64,000 nt of DNA, taken from NCBI GenBank assembly GCA_964397565.1, contig CAYNJC010000009.1, positions 10,182 to 74,181 on the forward strand, read 5' to 3'. Each line of letters opens with the position of its first letter. Position 1 is the stretch's first letter. A program made the translations under genes and the position numbers. The DNA comes from an uncultured bacterium. GTDB taxonomy: Bacteria > Auribacterota > UBA3054 > JAPLST01. Shown piece after piece: positions 44,359-55,818 of this stretch. The notes under the pieces were generated by a model, which was given only the letters and a program-made list of their open reading frames with translations, did no database searches and was not told the origin of the DNA.

Positions 44359-45621
44359 TCACAGGCGCACGGCGCGGCGGAGCAAGGCACTGCCGGTCTG
44401 GCGTACCAGCGTCTGATTGTGCGCGATCAAGGCCCGCCGCTGCGCGGCGCAGGCCGCCGTGCGCAACGGATCCGCCGGCGTGTTGCGCACGTAGTCCAGC
44501 AGCCGCGCGATGCTCGCGCGCGCCACATGCAGGCGTGTGTCCGACGAAGCATAATAGATCAGCACGTCACCCTGCGCACGCGCCACCCAGCCGTTGGCAA
44601 ACACCACATTCGACACGTCACCGACGCGCTCCTCGCCGTCCGGCGCGAGAAAATAGCCGCCCGGCCGGTGCGTCACCAGCCATGGTCGCGCCAGATCGCA
44701 CATAAAGAGGTACAACACATAGCGCAAGCCGGCCGCCGTGGTGCGCACCCCGTGCGCCAGATGCAGCCAGCCCTGTTCGGTTTTGAGCGGCGCCGGGCCC
44801 AGGCCGTTCTTGCTTTCCATAATCGTGTGATACACGCGCGGATCAATCACCTGCTCGTGCTCAATCACTGCCGCCGTCATGCTGTCGCACAGACCCCAGC
44901 CAATCCCGCCGCCCGCGCCGGCCTCGATAAACGCATCCTGCGGCCGCGTGTACACAGCATACTTGCCCTGCACAAATTCGGGATGCAGCACCACGTTGCG
45001 TTGCTGTGCCGCGCGCGTCCGCAAATCCGGCAAGCGTTCCCAGGTCTTCAAATCTTTGGTGCGCACAATGCCACAGGCCGCCACGGCACTCGACTGGTCG
45101 TGGGACGGCGCGACCGGGTCTTTGCGCTCGGTGCAAAACAGACCGTATATCCAGCCGTCGGCATGCTGCACCAGACGCATGTCATACACATTCACATCCG
45201 GCTCGTCCGTTTCCGGCAGCAGCACCGGCTCGTCCCAAAAGCGAAAGCGATCGAGGCCCGTCTTGCTTTCCGCCACGGCAAAGAACGACTTGCGGTCATA
45301 GCCTTCGACGCGCGCCACGACGCAGATGCTGCCGTGCAGCTCGATCGCGCCGGCGTTGAACACCGCATTCACGCCCAGCCGTTGTTGCAGAAACGGATTG
45401 CAGCGCTGATCCAAGTCATAACGCCAGGCCAACGGCACATGTGCGGCCGTCAGCACCGGCTGCTTGAAGCGCTCGACCACGCCGTTGTACCAATGCGGGT
45501 CAACCGCATTCTTGCGGCGCAGCAGCATGGCTTGCGCCGCCACCAACCGCCGCAGGCGGGTTTCGAAGCTGCGGACGGCACCCGGGCTGCGGATCTTGCT
45601 GATTCTTGTGCGCGTGGTCAT
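44359..45621 (-). CDS. GH130 beta-mannoside phosphorylase (4-O-beta-D-mannosyl-D-glucose phosphorylase-like)
   Basis: Long stretches typical of GH130 subfamily 1: [80 protein letters not shown]. Confidence 0.85.
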   Translation of the reverse strand: MTTRTRISKIRSPGAVRSFETRLRRLVAAQAMLLRRKNAVDPHWYNGVVERFKQPVLTAAHVPLAWRYDLDQRCNPFLQQRLGVNAVFNAGAIELHGSICVVARVEGYDRKSFFAVAESKTGLDRFRFWDEPVLLPETDEPDVNVYDMRLVQHADGWIYGLFCTERKDPVAPSHDQSSAVAACGIVRTKDLKTWERLPDLRTRAAQQRNVVLHPEFVQGKYAVYTRPQDAFIEAGAGGGIGWGLCDSMTAAVIEHEQVIDPRVYHTIMESKNGLGPAPLKTEQGWLHLAHGVRTTAAGLRYVLYLFMCDLARPWLVTHRPGGYFLAPDGEERVGDVSNVVFANGWVARAQGDVLIYYASSDTRLHVARASIARLLDYVRNTPADPLRTAACAAQRRALIAHNQTLVRQTGSALLRRAVRL

Positions 45622-45622
45622 G

Positions 45623-47302
45623 TCAGTTTTTTTTATCTTTCGTGTCTTTCGTGTCGGCCGGCGTGGTCTTGGGCGCGGCCGGCGCCGGTTCGTCCGATGT
45701 AATCGTGCCGCCCGCCGTCACGGATATGGAGGCGATGTCGCAGGTCAAGTTCGGCCGGCCGTAGATTCTCAGGCGCATGACCACGTTCGGATTGCCCACA
45801 TCGACACGATCATTGCCATACCGCGAGGTTATCTTGAAGCCCTTGCGAATGGTCTGCCAGCCGGCCGCGGGTTTGAGCCGCACATACGTTTTCGGCCAAT
45901 CCTGCTGTAACGTGTCGCCTTTGCCGCGCCCGCGCTCTTCAAACTCGAACATGACTTCAATCTCGGTCACCGCCGTGGCGCGGGCCTTCATCTCCAGCGT
46001 GTACGTTTTCTCAAATTGCAGCGCCATGTTCCCGCCAATCAACACATAGGGCTGCATGCCCAAGTACTCGTTCATGTAGGCATAGCGCACAAAGCGCACG
46101 TTCTGGCCGGCCTCATCAACGTCATTGGTTATCTGCAGATACCCGCCGTTGTTCGGCATCAGGCCATGGCGAAACCAGGAGAACGCCACGCGCCAGCCGG
46201 CCGGCACCGTCAGCGGCTTCAGCACATCCAGGGCCTTCAGCGCCGCCGGTTGCGCAAACAACGGCTCCTTGGCCGAGCCGGTGTTGAGCGCCAATAAGAC
46301 TTTGCCGTCTTGCGTTCCGATCAGCAAGTCCAGATCGCCGTCGCCGTCCCAATCGGTTAATTCGGGCCGGCAGAGTGGGCTGGTAAACGGCACGCCATCG
46401 GCGAACGGCACCAAGCCTTTGTTACTCAACAGGTACTTTTCGCGCGGTGCGCGCTCGGGCCGGTCTTCATAGAGGTACAGGCTCAGATTGCCGAGCCGAT
46501 CGCCGACAATCATGTCGCGCTGGCCATCGCCGGTCAGGTCGCCCACGGCCGGCACAAGCTGTTCTTTGCCTTCGCCATAGATCAGCCAGTAGCGCTCGTC
46601 CTTGGAAAGTTGGAAGGTGCCGCTGCCGCCGCGATTGCGGTACAGATACACAGCATTGGCCGAATAGGAGCCCTCGCCGGTGATGAGGTCCAGGCGTCCG
46701 TCCCGATCCCAATCTAGTACCAGCGGCGCGGAAAAGCTGCCGATGTCAAGGGTGCTGCGGTCCAGTTGCAGTAACGGGATCGGATTGGTGATTGCATACA
46801 GGGACGGGCGACAGTCACTTTCGGTGAACTCGCCCTTGCCGCGATTGCGCAGATAGCCAACCACGCCCAAAATGTTACCGAGCACGATGTCCGTCTGATT
46901 GTCGGCATTCAGATCGGCCAAGCCGATCGTCGCGGCATCACCCACATACGTGCGCACGAAGCGCGCCGGCTTGATCACGCGCTGCTTGCCGGGCGGGCCC
47001 AGCGGGTAAATCCAGACAAAGCCCTTGCCGTCACTCACGACCAGTTCGACCTTGCCGTCGCCATCCACATCACCGACCCGCGGACACGCGCCGAAGTTGT
47101 GGCCGCGCATTTCAAAGCCCTCGACTAGAATCCTAATGCTGTCGTTGTTGACCTGCACTTCATTGTTACGATTAATGCCGTCCCACAAATTGTCGGCCAC
47201 CGTCGTGCGCGCCAAATTTATATTTTCATACTCGGCCGCCAACGGCAGCGTCAGCAGCACGGCCAGTGCGGTCAGCAGACGCTTGGTTTTCATCATGCCC
47301 AT
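45623..47302 (-). CDS. Secreted FG-GAP/VCBS-repeat protein
   Basis: Signal peptide [20 protein letters not shown]. Repeats [54 protein letters not shown]. Its stop lies 1 nt before the GH130 start. Confidence 0.75.
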   Translation of the reverse strand: MGMMKTKRLLTALAVLLTLPLAAEYENINLARTTVADNLWDGINRNNEVQVNNDSIRILVEGFEMRGHNFGACPRVGDVDGDGKVELVVSDGKGFVWIYPLGPPGKQRVIKPARFVRTYVGDAATIGLADLNADNQTDIVLGNILGVVGYLRNRGKGEFTESDCRPSLYAITNPIPLLQLDRSTLDIGSFSAPLVLDWDRDGRLDLITGEGSYSANAVYLYRNRGGSGTFQLSKDERYWLIYGEGKEQLVPAVGDLTGDGQRDMIVGDRLGNLSLYLYEDRPERAPREKYLLSNKGLVPFADGVPFTSPLCRPELTDWDGDGDLDLLIGTQDGKVLLALNTGSAKEPLFAQPAALKALDVLKPLTVPAGWRVAFSWFRHGLMPNNGGYLQITNDVDEAGQNVRFVRYAYMNEYLGMQPYVLIGGNMALQFEKTYTLEMKARATAVTEIEVMFEFEERGRGKGDTLQQDWPKTYVRLKPAAGWQTIRKGFKITSRYGNDRVDVGNPNVVMRLRIYGRPNLTCDIASISVTAGGTITSDEPAPAAPKTTPADTKDTKDKKN

Positions 47303-47324
47303 CACATGCGGTTGCCGGATAACG

Positions 47325-48956
<1,632 letters not shown>

Positions 48957-49136
48957 TGATGGCTGTTAGTATAGCAAAATCCGCCGCTGTTTGCCACAAC
49001 CGCCGGTCTTCCTCTCAATCTCTCCTCCCTTCTCGCCGTGGGTGGGAACGCGGGCGAGGCACCCCGTGCGTGCGTTGCCGGACCCATGCCCGTCACTCTC
49101 TCTTGCCAGTGCGCGGCGCTTGTGCTATACTACCAC

Positions 49137-49550
49137 ATGCGTCAACGCTGGCTTCGTGTTTGCCTGGTCTGCGCCGCGGGTTTGGCCGTGGTCGGCGTAC
49201 TTCATTACGCCCGTTTTTCGGACGAGCGCTGCTTCTCGATCTGCCAGTTTCGGCGCCTGACCGGCCTGCCCTGCCCAACCTGCGGAGTGACCCGCTCGCT
49301 GGCCATGTTGGCCAAAGGCGAGTGGCGTCGCGCCGTCACCTATCATCCCATGGGCCCGCTGGTGGCCTTGGCTCTGTGCGGCGGCTGGCTGTACCTGCTG
49401 TGGTGCGCCGCAACCCGCGTCACCCCGACGATCCCGCGCGGACGCACCCCCGTCATCATTCTGCTCGCGTTCTTGATTATCAATGTCATCATCTGGATTG
49501 TACGGTATATTTACCCGCTCATCGGCGGCTTTTCGGGAGGCAGTGCATGA
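49137..49550 (+). CDS. DUF2752-family membrane protein
   Basis: FRRLTGLPCPTCGVTRS motif plus TM helices. The start is uncertain (track ORF begins at 49038). Confidence 0.55.
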   Translation: MRQRWLRVCLVCAAGLAVVGVLHYARFSDERCFSICQFRRLTGLPCPTCGVTRSLAMLAKGEWRRAVTYHPMGPLVALALCGGWLYLLWCAATRVTPTIPRGRTPVIILLAFLIINVIIWIVRYIYPLIGGFSGGSA

Positions 49551-50044
49551 ATATCAATCTGATCGTCAACGGCACCACCCATGCGCTCGACATCGCGCCC
49601 GGGGAACGTCTGCTCGACACCTTGCGCCAACTCGGCTACACCAGTGTGAAATTCGGCTGCGGTGAAGGCACCTGCGGCTCCTGCACAGTGCTGCTTGACG
49701 GCGACGTGCGTCTGGCCTGCATCACCTTCACCGCCCAGGTCGCCGGCCGGCAGATCACCACCGCCGAAGGCCTGGGTGGGCACGGCCATTTGCACCCGCT
49801 GCAACAGGCATTCCTTGATGAAGGCGCGGTGCAGTGCGGCTATTGCACGCCCGGCATGCTGCTCGCCGCCAAGGCCTTGCTGGATGGCACGCCCGCGCCA
49901 ACCGACGCCGAGATCACCCGTGCACTCGACGGCAATCGTTGCCGTTGCACCGGCTATGTTGCCATTCTCAACGCCGTCCGCCGCGCGGCGAAGCTTTCAA
50001 CGCAAAGGCACCAAGGCACTAAGTCGCAAAGGCCAAGCACATGA
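49547..50044 (+). CDS. (2Fe-2S)-binding small subunit of a xanthine-dehydrogenase-family molybdoenzyme
   Basis: CGEGTCGSCTV, CGYCTPG and CRCTGY motifs. ATGA overlap with the DUF2752 gene. Atypical 17-aa tail KLSTQRHQGTKSQRPST. Confidence 0.85.
   Translation: MNINLIVNGTTHALDIAPGERLLDTLRQLGYTSVKFGCGEGTCGSCTVLLDGDVRLACITFTAQVAGRQITTAEGLGGHGHLHPLQQAFLDEGAVQCGYCTPGMLLAAKALLDGTPAPTDAEITRALDGNRCRCTGYVAILNAVRRAAKLSTQRHQGTKSQRPST
49998..50038 (+). repeat. Left inverted-repeat block of the GxxExxY cassette
   Basis: caacgcaaaggcacca (49998-50013) and gtcgcaaaggccaag (50024-50038). The first is a 14/16 reverse complement of tggcgcctttgcgtta at 50482-50513. Confidence 0.65.
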
Positions 50045-50421
50045 CCGAAAATGAAATCAGCAAACATGTTGTCATGTGTGCCATTGAAGCGCATCGCACT
50101 TTGGGTGGACCAGGACTGCTTGAATCTGTTTATGAGGAGGCGTTGGCGTGGGAACTTCATTCTAACGGGCTGTTGGTTAAGCGCCAGTACGCCGTACCGG
50201 TTGTCTACAAGGGCGTCACGCTGACGCATAATCTTGTGGTTGATCTTCTGGTCGAAGACAAGGTTGTAGTCGAGTGTAAGGCTGTCTCACAATATAATGA
50301 TGTTTTCGTAGCGCAAGTCTTGACCTACTTGCGTCTCATGAATCTGCGTCTCGGTCTTGTCATCAATTTTGGTGAGGCGTTGGTGAAAGACGGCATTCAC
50401 CGCGTGGTTAATGGTCTCTAA
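50041..50421 (+). CDS. GxxExxY-family protein (PD-(D/E)XK nuclease-like superfamily)
   Basis: 126 aa with motif GPGLLESVYEEAL. AT-rich (line 50281 = 26/60 GC). Its ATG overlaps the stop of the 2Fe-2S gene. Confidence 0.8.
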   Translation: MTENEISKHVVMCAIEAHRTLGGPGLLESVYEEALAWELHSNGLLVKRQYAVPVVYKGVTLTHNLVVDLLVEDKVVVECKAVSQYNDVFVAQVLTYLRLMNLRLGLVINFGEALVKDGIHRVVNGL

Positions 50422-50481
50422 CCACTTATCGTTCATGAGACCACAGCCACTTACCGCGCGTTTCCTAATCAAGATTGTACC

Positions 50482-50513
50482 TGGCGCCTTTGCGTTATGG
50501 CGCCTTTGCGTTA
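50482..50513 (+). repeat. Perfect 2 x 16-nt tandem repeat; right inverted-repeat block of the GxxExxY cassette
   Basis: tggcgcctttgcgtta tggcgcctttgcgtta, read directly. Confidence 0.9.
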
Positions 50514-50559
50514 TCATGTTATGTTTGTATGATTGCCATCACTGCTTGATGAGGGTATC

Positions 50560-52896
50560 ATGAATCTTTGCGTTGGACATTCGGTGGGCAAACTCGACGG
50601 CGCCGGCTTGGTCACCGGTACCCGTAAATTTGTTGATGATTTCACTGTGCCCGGCATGCTGGTCGGCAAAATCCTGACCAGTCCGCACGCCCACGCCCGC
50701 ATTGTCCGCATTGACACACGCGCAGCCCGCGCGCTGCCTGGTGTTCATGCCGTCCTGTGCTACAAGGATCTTCCGCGCGTCGCGCACACCACTGCCGGCC
50801 AAGGGTTTCCCGAACCGTCGCCGTATGACAGCTTTGTGTTCGATCACAAAGTGCGCTATGTCGGCGATCGCGTCGCCGCCGTCGCCGCCGAGTCAGACGA
50901 GATCGCTGACGCGGCGCTCGCCCTGATCCAGGTCGAGTACGAAATCCTGCCCGCCATTCTGGATGCCAAGCAGGCGCGCCAGCCTGGTGCGCCGGTCATC
51001 CATGATGAACCCGAGGCGCGCGTCGTTATCCCGATCGAATATGATCCGAAAACAAATCTGGCCGGGCATGTCCGGATTGACGTCGGCGACTTGGCGCGCG
51101 GCCTGGCCAACGCCGAACTGGTCGTCGAGCGCGAATTCAAGGCGCACTATGCCCAGCATTGCCCGCTCGAGCCGCACGTCACCCTCGCCATGTTCGACGA
51201 AGACGGCCGGCTCGTCTTGGTCACCAGCACGCAAGTGCCATTCCACGCCCGCCGCATCGTCGCGCAGGCCCTGCAGATTCCCCTCAAAAACATCCGCGTG
51301 ATCAAGCCGCGCATCGGTGGCGGCTTCGGCAGCAAACAGGAGGTGTTCCTCGAGCAACTCTGTGCTGCGCTGGCTTTGGCGGCACAGCGCCCCGTCAAAA
51401 TCCGCTACTCACGCGAAGACGATATCGCCCGCAGCCGCACCCGCCATGAGATGTATGTCACCATCACGCTGGGCGCCAAACGTGACGGCACACTCACCGC
51501 CATCAGTATGAACGTGCTCAGCAACACCGGCGCATATGGCGCGCACGCCCTCACGGTCGCCTCGAATTGCGGCAGCAAAGTCCTGCCGCTGTATCCCTGC
51601 GCCAATGTCATGTTTGACGCCACGGTTGTCTACACCAACCTGCCGGTCGGCGGCGCCTATCGCGGCTACGGCGCAACTCAGGCCGCCTTTGCCATGGAGT
51701 GCGCGCTCGATGAACTTGCCCACAAACTCGGGGTTGACCCGCTGGCTTACCGCCAGCAACTTCATATTCGCAGCGGGCAAACCTCACCGATCTTTGCCAA
51801 ACTGGGTGAAGGCAAGGCCGGCGTGCAACAATCCATCGGCAGCTGCCACCTCGCAGAATGCATCACCCGCGGCGCTGCCGCCATTGGCTGGCAGCAAAAA
51901 TATCGGTCCGACTGGTCCGACCGGTCCGACTCTTCTGCGCAGCCCCACCTCCGGCGCGGCGTCGGCATGTGCACGCTCATGCAGGGCTCGAGCATTCCGG
52001 AAATCGACATGGGCGCCGCCTCGCTCAAAATGAACGAAGATGGCTCGTTCAATCTGCTGGTCGGCGCCACCGACCTTGGCACCGGCAGTGACACGATCCT
52101 GGCTCAAATCGCCGCCGATGTCCTCGGCGTCGACACGACCGACCTGCTGGTCTATTCATCCGACACCGATATGACCCCGTTTGATGTCGGCGCCTATGCC
52201 TCGAGCACGACCTACTTGAGTGGCAATGCCGTGATCAAGACTGCCGAAACGATTAAAGCGCAACTTCTGCGCGTCGCCGCCGAAATGGCCGGCAAAGACA
52301 GTGCCGGCGCGACCCTGCACGACAAGCATGTCGTCTTCGCCGATGGCACGCGCGTGCCGTTTGCCGAGATCGCTTGCTATGCCCTCTATCAAAAAAACCA
52401 ATTCCAAATCGCCGCCACGGAGTCCTACATCTCACATGTCTCGCCGCCGCCCTTCTCGGCCCATTTCGCCGAAGTTGCGGTCGACCCCGAAACCGGCGAG
52501 GTGCAGCTGCTCAAATATGTGGCCGCCGTCGACTGCGGCACCGAGATCAATCCGCAGCTCGCCCGCGGCCAGACCGAGGGCGCGGTCGTCAATGGCATCG
52601 GCTATGCCCTCTGCGAGGAATTTATCTTTGATCGCGCCGGCCGCCTGATCACCGACTCGTTCATGAATTATAAAATCCCCTCAACCCGCGATCTGCCCGA
52701 ACTGGTCACCATCCATGTGCCAAGTCACGAGCCAACCGGGCCGTTCGGCGCCAAGAGCGTCTCGGAAATCTCGATCAACGGCGCGCTGCCCGCGATTGCC
52801 AATGCCATCTTCAACGCCACCGGCGCGCGCCTGACTGAAGGCCCGTTCACGCCCGAGCGCGTCCTCAACGCCATCCGCGCCACGCGCAATGCATAA
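50560..52896 (+). CDS. Molybdopterin-binding large subunit of a xanthine-dehydrogenase/aldehyde-oxidase-family enzyme
   Basis: Start MNLCVGHSVGKLDGAGLVTG (a/b-hammerhead). GGGFGSK motif. About 780 aa, typical length. Confidence 0.85.
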   Translation: MNLCVGHSVGKLDGAGLVTGTRKFVDDFTVPGMLVGKILTSPHAHARIVRIDTRAARALPGVHAVLCYKDLPRVAHTTAGQGFPEPSPYDSFVFDHKVRYVGDRVAAVAAESDEIADAALALIQVEYEILPAILDAKQARQPGAPVIHDEPEARVVIPIEYDPKTNLAGHVRIDVGDLARGLANAELVVEREFKAHYAQHCPLEPHVTLAMFDEDGRLVLVTSTQVPFHARRIVAQALQIPLKNIRVIKPRIGGGFGSKQEVFLEQLCAALALAAQRPVKIRYSREDDIARSRTRHEMYVTITLGAKRDGTLTAISMNVLSNTGAYGAHALTVASNCGSKVLPLYPCANVMFDATVVYTNLPVGGAYRGYGATQAAFAMECALDELAHKLGVDPLAYRQQLHIRSGQTSPIFAKLGEGKAGVQQSIGSCHLAECITRGAAAIGWQQKYRSDWSDRSDSSAQPHLRRGVGMCTLMQGSSIPEIDMGAASLKMNEDGSFNLLVGATDLGTGSDTILAQIAADVLGVDTTDLLVYSSDTDMTPFDVGAYASSTTYLSGNAVIKTAETIKAQLLRVAAEMAGKDSAGATLHDKHVVFADGTRVPFAEIACYALYQKNQFQIAATESYISHVSPPPFSAHFAEVAVDPETGEVQLLKYVAAVDCGTEINPQLARGQTEGAVVNGIGYALCEEFIFDRAGRLITDSFMNYKIPSTRDLPELVTIHVPSHEPTGPFGAKSVSEISINGALPAIANAIFNATGARLTEGPFTPERVLNAIRATRNA

Positions 52897-54715
52897 CCCG
52901 CCTTTTCTCGTTCCACCCAAGCGCGTCCGGCTGCACGCCGCCACGTTGCAGCTGCCGCGCGTGGTGACCGTTCAGGCGGACGCGCCGTGCACCGCCGCCG
53001 CGCACCACCTACAAGAATTGTTGACTGCCAACGATCCCGTCCACCGGCGGCATCGTTTGTCCGCCGCGCCCGCGCTGGTTACCATGCTTCAGACGGCTGC
53101 CGGACATGGCCCCGAAAGCTACACGCTGGCCATTACGCCGCGGGGCATCCGCATTGCCGCCGCAGATGCCGCCGGCGCGTTCTATGCTGTCCAGACTCTG
53201 CGCGAGTTGTTGACCATCCACGGCGATGCGCTGCCGTGTTGCGCAATCCGCGACTGGCCCGATTTCCGCCGGCGCGGCGTCTATCTCGATATTTCGCGCG
53301 GCCGCGTCCCGACCTTGGCCTGTCTCAAGGACTTGGTTGCCCTGCTGGCCCAATGGAAGATCAACGAACTGCAGCTCAACATCGAAAACGTGTTCCAGTT
53401 TGTCGCGCATCCGGACATCGGCAAGGGCTACAGTCCCCTATCCGCCAAGGACATTGTCCACCTGCGCGAGCATTGTGCCCGGTATCATATTCAGCTTGTC
53501 GGCGCATTTGCCAGTTTTGGTCATTTTGAGAAAATTCTGCAATTGCCGAATTACCGCATGCTGGGCGAGCTGCCCGGCCAGCATTACTGGCCCGGTGGCA
53601 CGACCCTATGCCCGACCGATCCACGTTCAATTCGCTTGCTAGCCGAGCTGTACGCCGAGTTCGTCCCACTGTTCACCGCTGTTGACTTTAATATTAATGG
53701 CGACGAAACCTGCGAGTTGGGCGAAGGCCGCAGCAAACGCAGGGCAGATAAGGTTGGCAAAGGCCGCGTTTATCTCGACTTCGTGCTGAAATTGGCTGCG
53801 CTCGTGCGCACGCATGGCAAACGCACGAATATGTGGACTGATATTGTGCTGCAACATCCAGAACTGCTCGACGACATACCGCGCGACATAGTCATGTGCA
53901 ATTGGGACTACAGCCCGGCTGGCACACGCATTCCGCGCACGGGCGACATCGCCGCGCACGGCTATCCTGTGGTCGTCTGCCCCGGCACCAGCAGTTGGAA
54001 TACGCATGGCGGCCGGCTGCAGCTGGGCATGGACAACATTCGCGTCTTTGCCGCCGAAGGCCTGCGGCACGGCGCGGAAGGCCTGCTGAACACCGATTGG
54101 GGCGACAACGGCCACCGCAACTTGCTGGCGGTCAGTTTGCATAATCTGGCGTGGGGCGCAGCGCAATCATGGCACCACGCCGGTACCAACGCCGATGGCT
54201 TCAGCGCGCGCCTCGGCCGCGCCGTGTTCGGCATTGACGACGCACGCTTTGCCGACGCCCTGCGCAGGCTGGGTGGTTGTGCGCACGCATGCCTTTTGTA
54301 CGGCATTCTCATGCCACCGATTCAGTGGGATTGGGACGCGTTGGGCGGCGCACTGCACGATCTGCAGCAGGTCAATCCGAACGAGCTCCGCGCGCATGCC
54401 GCCGCGCTGCGCGCCGTGCGCTGGCCAACCCTGCCGGTCTCGGCGCCACCGTTTGCGCGGCGCCTGCGCGAGGAGCTGGTCATGGCGACGGCGCTCGACG
54501 CGCTGGCCTGTCGCCGCGCCCTGGCGTTCAAGCAAGAGCAACTTGGCGCGCGGGTCACGGCGCGCGAGTGGCAGGGGCTTGGCGCGCAAACCGAGGAGAC
54601 CATGCAGGCCTTCGCGCGCGTCTGGCGCCTGCACAATCGGCCGTCACGTCTGCGCGAACACTTGGCCGGCTTCCGCGCCACACTGCGCGCGTATCAGCAA
54701 CGCCACGCACCATGA
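52889..54715 (+). CDS. GH20-family beta-N-acetylhexosaminidase-like protein
   Basis: IRDWPDFRRRGVYLDISRG and NINGDETCELG resemble the GH20 catalytic-domain motifs. 8-nt overlap with the upstream gene. Confidence 0.65.
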   Translation: MHNPPFLVPPKRVRLHAATLQLPRVVTVQADAPCTAAAHHLQELLTANDPVHRRHRLSAAPALVTMLQTAAGHGPESYTLAITPRGIRIAAADAAGAFYAVQTLRELLTIHGDALPCCAIRDWPDFRRRGVYLDISRGRVPTLACLKDLVALLAQWKINELQLNIENVFQFVAHPDIGKGYSPLSAKDIVHLREHCARYHIQLVGAFASFGHFEKILQLPNYRMLGELPGQHYWPGGTTLCPTDPRSIRLLAELYAEFVPLFTAVDFNINGDETCELGEGRSKRRADKVGKGRVYLDFVLKLAALVRTHGKRTNMWTDIVLQHPELLDDIPRDIVMCNWDYSPAGTRIPRTGDIAAHGYPVVVCPGTSSWNTHGGRLQLGMDNIRVFAAEGLRHGAEGLLNTDWGDNGHRNLLAVSLHNLAWGAAQSWHHAGTNADGFSARLGRAVFGIDDARFADALRRLGGCAHACLLYGILMPPIQWDWDALGGALHDLQQVNPNELRAHAAALRAVRWPTLPVSAPPFARRLREELVMATALDALACRRALAFKQEQLGARVTAREWQGLGAQTEETMQAFARVWRLHNRPSRLREHLAGFRATLRAYQQRHAP

Positions 54716-54752
54716 ACTTCCGTACTGTTCACCCGAGCCTGAGGCCCCCGCG

Positions 54753-55766
54753 ATGAGATTCTGTCTTTGTTTCGTGCTGGTCACGCTCGGCGCGTTGGCC
54801 GGGTGTCGCCGCGCCGCACCATCCTTACAGGCGCAACCGGCACTCGCCGTGCGAACCGTGGTCGCGCGCGAACAGACGGTGCCGATCCAGGAAGAGGTCG
54901 TGGGCACCGTCGCCGCGGAGCTGCACGCCGCCGTTTCCGCGAAAGTCAGTGGCGCGATCCAGCAGATGAACGCCGTGCCTGGCTTGGTCGTGACGACGGG
55001 CTATGTCATTGCCCGGCTACACGCGCTTGAGATCACGGCCCGGCGCGACCAGGCGCTTGCCACGCGCGATGATGCCCGCCAGGAATTCGAGCGCGAAAAG
55101 CAATTGTTTGAACAAAAGATCGAATCGCAACAGAAATTCGATGCCGCGGAGACACGTTATCGCACGGCGCAAGGCGCGCTGGATGAGGCCAACGCGATGA
55201 TGACCTACACGACCATTCTGGCGCCGTTCGACGGGGTCATCGTGCGCAAGCTGGCCGACCAAGGCGATCTGGCCACGCCCGGCCTGCCGCTGGTTGAAAT
55301 CGAAAACCCGCACCGGCTGCGGCTTGAAGCCGAAGTGCCGGAAGCGGCGGCCAATCGCATCCAGCTGGGCAATACCTATCAGGTGACCATTGCTGCCGCG
55401 CAGGTGCACACGAATGCGCCGGTCAGCGAGATCGCGCCGTCGGCCAACCCGTTCAGCCGGACGGTGCTGGTCAAGCTGGATCTGCCGCGCGTGCCGACGT
55501 TGCATGCCGGCCAGTTTGGTCGCGTCACCATTCCGACCGGCGAAAAACGCGCGATCATTGTGCCGGCCAGCGCGGTGGTGACGCGCGGCCAGCTTGAGTT
55601 TGTGTTCGTCGTTAGCGGCAAGACGGCCGGCATGCGCATGGTGCGCAGCGGCGGCCACACGGCCGGCGGCGTGGAACTGCTGGCGGGCCTCACTGACGGC
55701 GAACATGTCGTGACCGACCGCGCCGACAGCCTGCGCGACGGCCAGAACATTTACGTCAGCGAATAA
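54753..55766 (+). CDS. RND efflux periplasmic adaptor (MFP) subunit
   Basis: Lipoprotein start [18 protein letters not shown]. Coiled-coil hairpin and beta-barrel pattern. Upstream of the RND pump. Confidence 0.8.
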   Translation: MRFCLCFVLVTLGALAGCRRAAPSLQAQPALAVRTVVAREQTVPIQEEVVGTVAAELHAAVSAKVSGAIQQMNAVPGLVVTTGYVIARLHALEITARRDQALATRDDARQEFEREKQLFEQKIESQQKFDAAETRYRTAQGALDEANAMMTYTTILAPFDGVIVRKLADQGDLATPGLPLVEIENPHRLRLEAEVPEAAANRIQLGNTYQVTIAAAQVHTNAPVSEIAPSANPFSRTVLVKLDLPRVPTLHAGQFGRVTIPTGEKRAIIVPASAVVTRGQLEFVFVVSGKTAGMRMVRSGGHTAGGVELLAGLTDGEHVVTDRADSLRDGQNIYVSE

Positions 55767-55775
55767 GGTCGGTCG

Positions 55776-55798
55776 CAGACGACATGCTTTGTCATTTG
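55776..55798. repeat. Degenerate copy of the dispersed palindrome
   Basis: cagacgaca tgctt tgtcatttg, in the 52-nt spacer between the adaptor and pump genes. Confidence 0.5.
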
Positions 55799-55818
55799 TA
55801 CCGCCGCACACAACGCGT

